A DNA stretch of 64,000 nt from Takakia lepidozioides. Its lineage: Eukaryota > Plantae > Bryophyta. Every line of letters starts with the position of its first letter. Within the stretch, counting starts at the first letter, position 1. The stretch lies in the NCBI GenBank assembly GCA_030704615.1, contig CM060732.1, positions 10,106,001 to 10,170,000 of the forward strand, read 5' to 3'. A model generated the notes under the pieces. That model did not search any database. It was given only the letters and a program-made list of their open reading frames with translations, and had not been told where the DNA came from. The position numbers and the translations under genes were made by a program. Shown piece after piece: positions 27,030 to 38,778 of the stretch.

Positions 27030-30000
27030 ATTGTGAACCAAGGAGGTGATTCGGCACACCAAGGGCTCACCCCAAACAAGAGGGTATTTTTCTGCGTTCT
27101 TCGTGCGTGTGAGAGCCTCCAAGCTCTTGAAAAGGGCACAGAGGTACATGCTAACATCATCAAAGCTAGAATTGGGTCAAATATCATTCTGGAGACAGCC
27201 CTATGCTAAATGTAGAAGCGCGCAAAGTGTTTGACAATGTAGCTCAACAAGATGTGGTCTCTTGGAACGCCATGATCACATGATATGCTCAGCATGGGTA
27301 TGGTAGGGAGGCTCTGGAGATCTATGAGCAAATGATACTTGAAGGGGTGATACCCAACAGGGTCACGTTTACTTTGCTAATGAAGGCACCTTCTCAACAC
27401 ATTTCACCTTTCACCCTGTTTGGAGTGAGTTTGACATGATACTGCCAATGTGACAATAGGGAAGTATGCAGAAACAGGTAACAGAGACGAGGAGAAGCTG
27501 TGGAATGAATACTTTTATGACCTATCATTCTGGAGACAGCCCGTATGCTAAATTTAGAAGCGTGCAAAGTGTTTGACACTGTAACTCAACAAGATGTGGT
27601 CTCTTGGAAGCCATGATCACGGGATATGCTCAGCATGGGTATGGTAGGGAGGCTCTGGAGATCTATGAGCAAATGATACTGGAAGGGGTGATACCCGAAA
27701 GGGTCACGTTTACTCTGCTAATGAAGGCACCTTCTTCAACACATTTCACCCTGTTTGGTGAGTTTGACATTACTGCCAATGTGACAACAGGGAAGTATGC
27801 AGAAACAGGTAACAGAGACAAGGAGAAGCTGTGGAATGAATACTTTTCTGACCCCAGTCAATGGTGGGACAATCGAGGCAAAAAGGTGAATGCCTATTGG
27901 ATTACAGAGAGTAGCAGATGCAATTGAGCATAGGAACTAGTGTGATAAGTTGAGTTGGGTGTTTCCTAGAACAAATCTAGGCTGTCATTGTTAGCTGATA
28001 GTAGCAAGGCAAGGATGTATGTATGATTTGTGCAGAGGCATGGATAGCTGAAGGAGCAGGGATAGTGTGTGGGTGGACAGATTCATCCAAGAGGGCCGGA
28101 CTTCAAGCTCCAGATGACCTATGATTCCATGTGGATCAATAGCTACAATAAACCTGTATGGGTAGATTGTCAACTAAAGGCAGCAGCTGCAGCGGCACAG
28201 TTGATAGAATCAGGCACCTCAACCATGACCACTGAAAGAGGATCAAGAGAGGGAGTCCACAATGCCTCTTCTGGCACTTCTGGGCATGTTTGTGCGGAAG
28301 GCAGATTGACAGATCAGGCACTGCTAGTCCAAGCATTCTTCAACACATTTCAACCTGTTTTTCCCTCTTATCAGAGTAGTAGATGCAATTGAGCATAGAA
28401 ACTAGAGTGATAAGTTGGGTTGGGTGTTTCTTGGTCGGTCAAATCCTCCATGGGTCATGACACAAGGTCAAGGACAATGTGGTGAGGGCACCTTCTTCTT
28501 TGACCTATTTCACCTTGGTTTTCCATCTCATCAAGCACCTCAATCATGACCACAACTTCTAGAAGAGGATCAAGAGAGGGAGTCCACAATGCCTCTTCTG
28601 GCACTTCTGGGCATGTGAAGATACTTTGTGAGGCAGGCAGACTGAAAGATGAGACTTTAAACCAAGGAGGCATTTCAGCAGATTCAGATACGTATGTCTG
28701 TCTCTTACATAAGTGCATCAAGATGAAAGGCCTTGAAGCTGGAAAGCAGGTGCACACTCACATTATCCAAAGTGGATTTAGCCAAATGTTTTTCTACTCA
28801 ACACCCTTGTCAACATGTATGTTAAGTGCGGGAGCATCATGGATGTTCACCAAGTGTTCAAACAAATGCCTCAACCATCTTTGATCACGTGGAATGTAAT
28901 GTTGGCAGGATTTACCAAGCATGGGTGTGGTACAAATGCTTTGGAGACCTATGAGCAAATGATGCACGAAGGGGTGAAGCCCAACCACATCACGTTCGTT
29001 TGCGTTTGCAATGCGTGTGCAAGCCTGGGAGCCCTGGAAAAGGGGAAAGAGGTCCATGATGAGATCGTCAAAGCTGGAATTGTACCAGATGTCATTCTGA
29101 ACACTGCCCTGGTGGACATGTATGCCAAATGTGGGTGCATTAAGGATGCAAAGGCAGTTCTCAACAATATGCAGGCTGAACAAGATGTGGTGTCATGGAG
29201 CGCGATGCTTGCAAGGTATGCACAGCAGGGAGGCTTTGGAGACCTATGAGTAACTCAACACCCTTGTCAACATGTATGTTAAGTGCGGGAGCATCTTGGA
29301 TGCTCACGAAGTGTTCAACAGAATGCCTCAACAATCTTTGATCACGTGATAATGTTGGCAGGATATACCAAGCATGGGTCATGTGGTAGGAATGTTTTGG
29401 AGACCTATGAGCAAATGCTGCGCGAAGGGGTGAAGCCCCACCACATCACATTTGTTTGTGTTTGCAATGCGTATGAAAGCCTGGGAGCCCTGGAAAAGCA
29501 AGGACAATGTGGTGAGGGCACCTTCTTCGTCGACCTATTTCAGCCTGTTTTGCCCTCTCATCAGACTCAGCCCTGAGATGCATATCGAATTCTATAAGTT
29601 AGCTCGTTGGGTGGATCTGTGGTGGTTGGAATGACTTTGACAAGTAACTGCCAATGTGGCAGCAGGAAAGTATCCAAAAACAGATAACAGAGATGAGGAT
29701 CTACCAAGCATGGGTGTGGTACGAATGCTTTGGAGACCTATGAGCAAATGATGCACGAAGGGGTGAAGCCCAACCACATCACGTTCATTTGTGTTTGCAA
29801 TGCGTGTGCAAGCCTGGGAGCCCTGGAAAAGGGGAAAGAGGTCCATGATGACATCGTCAAAGCTGGAATTCTACCAGATGTCATTATGAGACTGCCCTGG
29901 TGGACATGTATGCCAAATGTGGGTGTATTAAGGATGCAAAGGTAGTTCTCAACAATATGGCTGAACGAGATGTGGTGTCGTGGAGCGTGATGCTTGCAGG

Positions 30001-32880
30001 GTATGCACAGCAGGGACGTGGGGTGGAGGCTTTGGAGACCTATGAGCAAATGATGGGGGAAGGGGTGAAGCCCAACCACATCACGTTTGTGAGCATTTGC
30101 AATGCGTGTGCAAGCCTGGCAGCTCTGGAAAAGGGCAAAGAGGCCCATGGCGACATTGTCAGAGCTGGAATTATATCCGATGCCATTCTGAACAATGCCC
30201 TCGTGGGACATGTATGCCAAATGTGGGAGCATCGAGGATGCAAAAGCAGTGTTCAACAATATGGCTGAATGAAATGTGGTGTTGTGGAACGCGATGCTTG
30301 TAGGGTATGCACAGCAGGGGCGCGGGATGGAGGCTTTGGAGACCTATGAGCAAATGATGGTGGAAGGGGTGAAGCCCAACCACATCACGTCTGTGCATTT
30401 GCAAGCCTAGAAGCCCTGGAAAAGGGCAAAGAGGTGCATGGTTGCATCGCAAAAGCAGGAATAGTACCAGATGTGATTGTCAACAATACCCTCCAAATCT
30501 CGTTCAGCCATACTGTCAAACACTCCCTCCGCATCTTCGATGCACCCACATTTTGCATATATGCGATGACTGCAGGGTATGCACAACAAGGGCGCGGGAT
30601 GGAGGCTTTGGAGACCTATGATCAAATGATGGGGGAAGGGGTGAACCCTGACCACATCACGTTTGTTTCTGTTTGCAATGCCTGTGCAAGCCTGGCAGCC
30701 CTGGAAGAGGGCAAAGAGGTCCGTGGTGACATCGTCAAAGCTGGAATTATACTAGATGTCATTCTGAACCCTGCCCTGGTGGACAAGTATGCCAAATGTG
30801 GGTGCATTTTCAGACTTGCAATTGTACAAAATGTCATTCAGAACAATACCCTTGTGGACATGTATGAAGGGAGTGTTCGACAGTATGGCTGAACGAGATG
30901 TTGTGTCGTGGAGTGCGATGATTGCAGGATATGCACAGCAAGGGTGCGGGTTGGAGGCTTTGGAGATCTAGGAGCAAATGTTGTGCGAAGGGGCGAAGCC
31001 CAACCACATCACATTTGTTTGTGTTTGCAATGCGTGTGCAAGCTTGGGAGCTCTGGAAAAGGGGAAAGAGGTCTGTGGTGACATCGTCAAAGCTGGAATT
31101 GTACCAGATGTAATTCTAAACAGTGCCCTGGCGGACAGGTATGCCAAATGTGGGTGCATTGTTAGACCTGCAATTGTACAAAATGTCATTCAAAATAATA
31201 CCCTTGTGGATATGTATGAAGGGAGTGTTCGACAGTATGGCTGAACAAGATGTTGTGTTGTGGAGTGCGATGATTGTAGGATATGCACAGCAAGGGTGCG
31301 GGATGGAGGCTTTGGAGATCTAGGAGCAAATGTTGCGCGAAGGGTGAAGCCTAACCACATCATATTTGTTTGTGTTTGCAATGCGTGTGCAAGCCTGGGA
31401 GCTCTAGAAAAGGGAAAGAGGTCTGTGGTGACATCGTCCAAGCTGGAATTGTACTAGATGTCATTCTAAACACTGCCCTGGTGGACATGTATGCCAAATA
31501 TGGGTGCATTGTCAGACCTGCAATTGTACAAAATGTCATTCAGAACAATACCCTTGTGGACATGTATGAAGGGAGTGGTTGACAGTAGCTGAACGAGATG
31601 TGGTGTCGTGGAGTGCGATGATTGCAGGATATGCACAGCAAGGGTGCGGGATGGAGGCTTTGGAGACCTAGGAGCAAATGTTGTGCGAAGGGGCGAAGCC
31701 CAACCACATCACATTTGTTTGTGTTTGCAATGCGTGTGCAAGCCTGGGAGCTCTGGAAAAGGGGAAAGAGGTCCGTGGTGACATCGTCAAAGCTGGAATT
31801 GTACCTGATGTCATCTTGAACACTGCCCTGGTGGACATGTATGCCAAATGTGGGTGCATTAAGGGTGCGAAGGGAGTTAATTTCAACACCATGGCTGAAC
31901 GAGATGTGGTGTCGTGGAACGCGATGCTTGCAGGGGTATGCACAGCAGGGGCGTGGGATGGAGGCTTTGGAGACCTATGAGCAAATGATGGGGGAAGGGG
32001 TGAAGCCCATCACGTTTGTGTGCATTTGCAGTTCGTGTGCAAGCCTGGCAGCCCTAGAAAAGGGCAAAGAGGTGCATGGTTGCATCGCCAAAGCTGGAAT
32101 TGTAGCAGATGTGATTCTGAACAATACCCTCGTGGACATGTTAGCCAAATGTGGGTGCATCAAGGATGCGGATGAAGTGTTCAACAGTATGGCTGAACGA
32201 GATTTGGTGTCATGGAATGCCATGCTTGCAGCATATGCACAGCATGGGCGCGACTTGGAGGCCTTGGAGACCTATGAGCAAATGATGGGTAAGGGGTGAA
32301 GTCTGACCACATCACGTTTGTGTGCGTTTGCAATGCTTGCAGACATCATCAAAGCTGGAATTGTACCAAATGTCATTCTGGACACTGCCCTGGTGGACAT
32401 GTATGCGAAATGTGGGTGCATTGAGGATGCAAAGGGAGTATTTGACAATGTGGCTGAATGAAATGTGGTGTCGTGGAATCCGATGATCGCAGGATATGCC
32501 CAGCATGGTTGTCATAGGGAGGTCCTGCAACTATTTGAAGGAATGCAAAAGAATGGCTTGAAGCTGTACAATATCACCTTTATATGTGTTCTCTCTGCAT
32601 GCAGCCACACTGGCCTACTGAATGAAGGAAGACGCTACTTCGATTCCCTGAGTCAACATCATGGTGTCACCCTGCCAGTAAAGCACTTTGGTTGCATGGT
32701 GGACCTTCTGGACGTGCGGGACAACTACATGAGGCAAGGTAAAATGCGAATCAATCCAGATGTTGTGGTGTAGAAGGCCTTGCTTGGTGCCTGCAAAATC
32801 CATGGCAATGTGGAGATGGCTGAATGTGTGGCAACATCTATCCTCAAGGGGGATGAACAGGATGCGCGACTGATTGTGTT
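27030..32880 (+). pseudogene. Scrambled PPR pseudogene field with OSB-type PDF-motif exons and ~355-bp internal tandem duplications
   Basis: KLWNEYFSDPSQWWDNRGKK | intron 27886-28080 | IHPRGPDFKLQ..SMWIN, then the PPR N-terminus, many PLS triplets and an E domain at 32560-32870. Confidence 0.88.
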
Positions 32881-33289
32881 GCTATAATTCTGGGTTTGGG
32901 TGGTGGAGCTTCTCCAAAGCTTTGAAGATGGAAGTGAATACGAATTTTAATGAGCTTGATGAGAGGGGCAGTCCTATGCACAAGTTTGTTCAACATCTTA
33001 AATTTGGACATGTTTGTTTGTTTCTCGGGGTGTGGCTTTGGATGGAGCCCTTGACAAAACTTGCATGAATATTGTCAAAAGCTAGCCTTAACCACCGAGA
33101 GATCCACAATCCCACGGTGGATGATGAAAGTTCATATAGTGAATGTAAGGGTATTTGGGTATGTTGTCATTGATTGATGCGGCTTGTGAAAATTGAACAT
33201 GAAATGCAGATCCGCCATTTTTCTTCCAGAAAAAACAAAACACGGGATTTTCATGTAACACTGTGGGGATGACCCACCCCTTTTTTTTG

Positions 33290-33490
33290 TGAAAAATTGA
33301 ATTTTAGTTCTCAGAATTCGTGCTAGTAGTGTGGAGCAACGCGAAGCCCTAGTTCTAGCGACGACCGAAGGTCGGAAGCTAGTTTAGCGTAGAGGCAGGA
33401 AGGAAGGGTGCCAAAGTGCCACGTTTCACAGCCACATATCGTCGCACGTTTCGTCGTCAAATTGGTCGAGTCTGCCCGAATTGCCCAAAC
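33290..33490. repeat. Dispersed CTAG-hairpin repeat, copy 3
   Basis: CTAGCGACGACCGAAGGTCGGAAGCTAG at 33355-33382. Confidence 0.65.
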
Positions 33491-34731
33491 TTGTCACTCA
33501 CGCGAGCGCGCTGCCTGCTTCTTTCTCGCTCGATTGTCTTCGTTTGTGTTTGCTTGTCTCTGTGGCGTCTGCCTTTGTGCGCTAGGTGTGATTGCTAGAA
33601 TCATGGCTGGTGTGGAGGGATAGCACCAACAATGCAGGAGAAATTCACAACGAGGAGGAGAAGAAGCCTTTGGAGGGGGGAGGTTCACATTAATATGAAA
33701 GTGAAGGGTAAGATAATGGAAGCACGTGGCATTTTTGTAGGGTTTGTTCCCTGTTGGGCTTGAAGTCGTTAGGATCATAGAGAATGACACTTCTGGGCAT
33801 GTGAAGTGGCTTGTTGTGGCAGGCAGTCTGACAGAGCCTCATCAACGATGTCAATGGAAACACCAATCCAGTGCAAATCCTCCTCTTCAGTAACCTCCTT
33901 CTCCTCATCGTCATCTCCTCATCCTCCATCCCCATGTTTTCATCAGCGTCTGACTCCTCTGAATCAGTGCTGTATTCCTCTTCAGCTGGAGCATTCTCAT
34001 TTTGCGACTGCATAAGCAACAAGGCCTCATATTCTTGCCTGACAACGCACTCGGCAATATCGTCAAGATAAGGAGTCCACCACGATTCGGAATCAAACCT
34101 GTCCTCCCCGTCGCCCTTCACAGCACGGCTGCTGCTGCTTGCATCCACATTGGCAGCAGGCCTATCCTCCCCGTCGCCCTCCATAGCACGGCTGCTGCCG
34201 CCTGCATCCACATTGGCAGCGTCCATCTTAGCTAAACAGACAAAATGACTAACAACAAACTTGATTTTGAGCTGTCAACACTGTGCCTATAATCATTGCA
34301 GACTTCCCTTAACTAGCCAGCAAATAATCGGCGCCGGGAATGACAGAACTTAGCTGACCCAAAACACCAGGAATCGCTGTCTTTTGGATCTTAATTGTGT
34401 TCAACAAATGTTAATTTTTTTTTTTTACAAACGGTCCTATTTCCCGGGTCCTATTCCTGCACGCCTTTCCCGCAGCCTTATTCTCCTCCTATGCTTGTAA
34501 TCGTTGCCGACTATGCAGGTTCGGCAACTACCGAACCTGCTTTTTACGAACCGAGGGCAAACTTCTAGGCCACATTATGATGCAGCACACCTCGCACTTT
34601 TTGACATGAAAAACAGTCAAAATTAGGTCGGGAAGGGCTAAATTCTAGGAATATTCCCTAAAATTGCTCTGCTCATGCTTATATGTGCTTATGCTCATGC
34701 TCATGCTCACCGCTCATGCAAAGTATACACC

Positions 34732-35100
34732 CACTACTACAGATTGTCGTTTTTATGACTACGGGTGATATTAACCTTGGTAACCATGACTATATATGCG
34801 ACTACAAAGTGATGAAACCAATTGTTGGGTGCATTTTAATATATTTTAATCTAATGAAGTCATACAGATTACTACATGACTAGGAACTACGGTCATCAAA
34901 CATTGTTGACCAAGAAACAAGGCTTGGTTTATATAACTAGTAGTCATACGCACTACTACATGTCAAACACGTGTCGTATAAGCGTATGACTAAATGACTA
35001 CACCATTACTACACATTGATGACATGCCATAGAAGCTTGTGACTACATGACTACATGAGGTTTTACAGCTATGTTTATATGACTACATCACTACACGTAG
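34732..35100. mobile_element. Possible CACTA-element terminal fragment
   Basis: Begins CACTACTACAGA followed by many (A)TGACTAC subterminal-like repeats; no partner end found. Confidence 0.35.
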
Positions 35101-35324
35101 GCATCTTAAGGCATATACATGGGTTCATCTATTGGATGACCTCATCCATCTAAGCACTTGCGTCAATGGAATGACACAAAGTACAAAGGTTATTTTTTTT
35201 AAAAGTTGCTTTAAGGTTGCCCACATTCAGCCTGTGAACACAGAAGGGCTGGGACTTAGCCTCTTTTGGTCTCCCACGCTACCATTTGTTTCTTAGGTAT
35301 CGAGCCCTAGCAGTAAGAACTTGT

Positions 35325-35770
35325 GTCATGGAACGCGACGATCGCAGGATATGCAATGCAGGGGCGTGGGATTGAGGCTTGGCGACCTATTCTGAGCAAC
35401 TCATGCAGCTTTCTTGAGCTTATTTTGAGCAAATGAGCAGGAAGGAAGGAAGGGCGAGGGAATGCACAGCAGGCGGGGGCATGGTATAGAGGCTTCGGAG
35501 ACGTATGAGCAAATAATGCGGGAAGGGATGAAGCCAGACCAGATCAAGTTCGTGTGTGTGTGTTTGCAATACGTGTGCGAGCCTGGCGACCCTGGCATGG
35601 AGAAGGGTTAAAAGGTCCATGGTTGCCATTGTCAAATTTGAAATTGTACCCGATGTCATTTTGAACAATACCCTCGTGGGCATGTATGCCAAATGTGACA
35701 GTATTGAGATACAAAGGGAGTGTTTGAGAATATGGCTGAACGAAATGTCGTGTCCTGGAGTGCGATGATA
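35325..35770 (+). pseudogene. PPR fragment
   Basis: CNTCASLA, IVPDVILNNTLVGMYAKC motifs. Confidence 0.8.
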
Positions 35771-35776
35771 CAAATC

Positions 35777-38700
35777 GGGGGTTGCTATTCCATGAGCTCA
35801 TGAGCGGGCATGTCTCACCCATGAGCCGCAAAGTAACACACTTCGAATTTCGGCAGATTTTTCAGGCCAAAACTATAAAATAATCAGAAAATCGATAGAT
35901 TCCGCGCTCATGCTGGAAGCACTCCGCTCATGAGTACCAGTGTACGCTCATGACTTGGAGCCCAGGCTCATGGACCGCTAGGCCAGGTCATGAAAAACTG
36001 AATTCTGGGCAATAACGGCACCGAAATTATCCAGAGGCAGAGACGCAAGCGGAATTAGGATCCGGGTTTGCAGACTCCGAAAACGCAATGGCGACCTATA
36101 ACCGTGGATAGTACTGTTGCAGAAGTGCATGATGGTTGGGTATAACGGCGCCGTAATTGGGCACAGGAAAAGAAATAGCCGGCTGAAGGCTCGGGAGTGA
36201 AGCCAACAACGGTGAAAGTAATTGGGCTCCACCAACCAAAACCCGGAGTGCAGGCGAGTAACGGCGCCGAAATGGGCCCCGAAAACCAAATACTCGGTTT
36301 GAAGCCACCGGAGTGCAGCCGATAACGGCGCCAAAATTGGGTCCAGAAACCAAATACCCGGCTGAAGGCTAGGGATTGCAACCAATAACGGCGCCGAAAT
36401 TGACCTGCGGAAACAAAATTCTCGGCTGAAGCTTCCGCACTCCATCCAATAACGGCGCCCAAAATTGGGCTCCGAAGAGCAAATACCCGCCTTACGGTAA
36501 GGGAGGCCTTGCTCTCATTTGCTCTTCACTTTCTCTGTTGTGCCCATCTCCTCCCTGCTTTGAGTTTGTGCTATGTCATAGAGGCCATGTCGTGCCCGAA
36601 TCACATCTATCGACGCCAGACGGGAGTCATTTTCCCGAAAGCACACGACATCATTGTTTTCCTGGATGTTTACAGGGACGATTCTCGACTTGTCCAGCTG
36701 AGAGCAATGGAGTTTCCTCTCCTTCTGTCAGCTCAATGGGCCGCCCTTCTGCAGATCCAACTCCCACATCTCCAGCGGCCTCCACCGCATTCGTTGTTTT
36801 GAAATTGACTGCAAACCCAATATCTCCGCTTCCAGTCTCCTAGGGGTTTTACTGGCGAAGCCATGGGCTCCTTCTGCTTCCTCGACTTCGAACTCTAGTG
36901 GGCTTTTCTGAGGCGATATCTGAGGTGTTGAATGAGGACTCGCCTGCCTCGATGCACTTCCACCTTGCGAGCGCAGCACCCGGGCAGGAGTATCCAAAGT
37001 TGACTGTGTTGCTTCGCCCCCATGCGATCCCTCCCCAGCTCCCATGTCAAACAAACATGAAAACATGAGACACTGCACGCAAAAAAAAAGGTGTAAAAGG
37101 AATATTGCGTATGGAGTGCTCATATCCGCAAAGCACGAATCTCTCACGGGTGGGCGATCTGAGTCTCCGGTAACGAGGTCTGCATTTCATGCATGAGACG
37201 GAGCTTAAGTCGTGTCGTCGGCGGCTTTCCCAAAATCCCGCGTCCTCCTTCTCTTTGCCGGAGTTGCCTGACCTTCCACAAACTCTATGCTACCACTATG
37301 CCGCATAAGGAGAGGAGAGAAACGCAGGAGAATGTCACTGCAGAAGGGCAAGGAGCGAGGAGAGCGAAGCGGTGGAACATGCAACCACTATGCACGAGCA
37401 GATATGTAAGCAGCCACGTCTCCCGAAGCGTTGCCACCGTCCACCACTTTCTGCCGTATGAGTGATGAAGAGATTGTGACCCCTGACACGTTCGCACGGA
37501 TGAAGTCGACTGGAACACGACGCGTGCCGGTTCCAGCCACCGGTACAAGACGGTTTATCCGAATTGCGGCACCGAAATACCTTCCGTTCACCGGATGCTG
37601 TTCCCGGAGCAGCCGACATTGAATGAAATATCTGCACATCATGAAACCCAACCGCCATGAAAATCCCCTGCCTATGACATTCAACAGTCAGGTCGGTACA
37701 TTTCATCAGCGGACGGATGAATTTCGGCGCCAAAATTCATCCTATTCAAGTGCTTTCGTACACAAACTTACAAATTTCGGCGCCGCAATTCATCGCTTCC
37801 CAAGTCCTCATTCGTCATGAGCAAACCTGTCAGTGGGATATCGGAGCCGGAATTAATTCCGGGACAGTGGAAATGGCTGCACTTGGGCACATTTCATCCA
37901 TATTTCGGCGCCGAAATTCATTACGAATATCTCCGTCCACGCGTAGACGAGGTGAAATCATCCATATTTCGGCGCCGAAATTCATCCAGAGCGAAGACTA
38001 AATGGGCACCATGCTATGCTTTGCCGCCATCATTGCCCCTGACAGATGCTGTCCATGCCTGTTGGACTTGCCATTTCTGGACATTTAACTATAATTTCGG
38101 CGCCGAAATTATACTTTATGTGCGGCAACGTCCCGTGCGAAAAAGACCACTTAATGGATACTGTCGGTTTCAAAGGAAAAAAACGGCTAAAATGCAATTA
38201 ATTTTGACAGAAGGGGTTCAATATGCCGATTTCTCCATTAAATGCAGAATATTCCTGTTATTTTCGTCGGAACGGGGTATTTCCAACGATTTACCGAAAA
38301 TTATATCATCTAGAAGCAAATAGTAAGTGTCGGGTTTGGACGAATTTCGGCGCCAAAATTCATCCGTCGCATAGAAAATGTAATATTAGAGTTACTCATT
38401 GCGGACAGTAAGGATGAATTTCGGCGCCGAAATTCATCCATTTCAAAGAAAAATAAATATTGGAGGGAGGGCATTGGATGAATTTCGGCGCCGAAATCCG
38501 GCGCTCAAACCCTGAAAAGAATTTGGAGGGATGGAGTCGGTTGAATTTCGGCGCCGAAATTCATTGCTCGGGAAGAAAAAATAAAATTCAGGAGGACTTC
38601 GGATGAATTTCGGCGCCGAAATTCATTGCTCGCGAAGAAAAAAATAAAATCGGGAGGACTTCGGATGAATTTCGGCGCCGAAATTCATTGCTCCCGAAGA

Positions 38701-38778
38701 AAAAATAATAATTCGGGAGGACTTCGGATGAATTTCGGCGCCGAAATTCATTTCTTGCGAAGAAAAAAAAATAATTCG
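35777..38778. mobile_element. MULE-family remnant E3 (one TIR, subterminal and internal palindrome arrays)
   Basis: Starts GGGGGTTGCTATTCCATGAGC (19/21 to the reverse complement of the E2 right TIR). AATAACGGCGCC repeats at ~63-64-bp spacing; GAATTTCGGCGCCGAAATTC palindromes at 37700-38750. Ends abruptly against a gypsy integrase. Confidence 0.75.
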
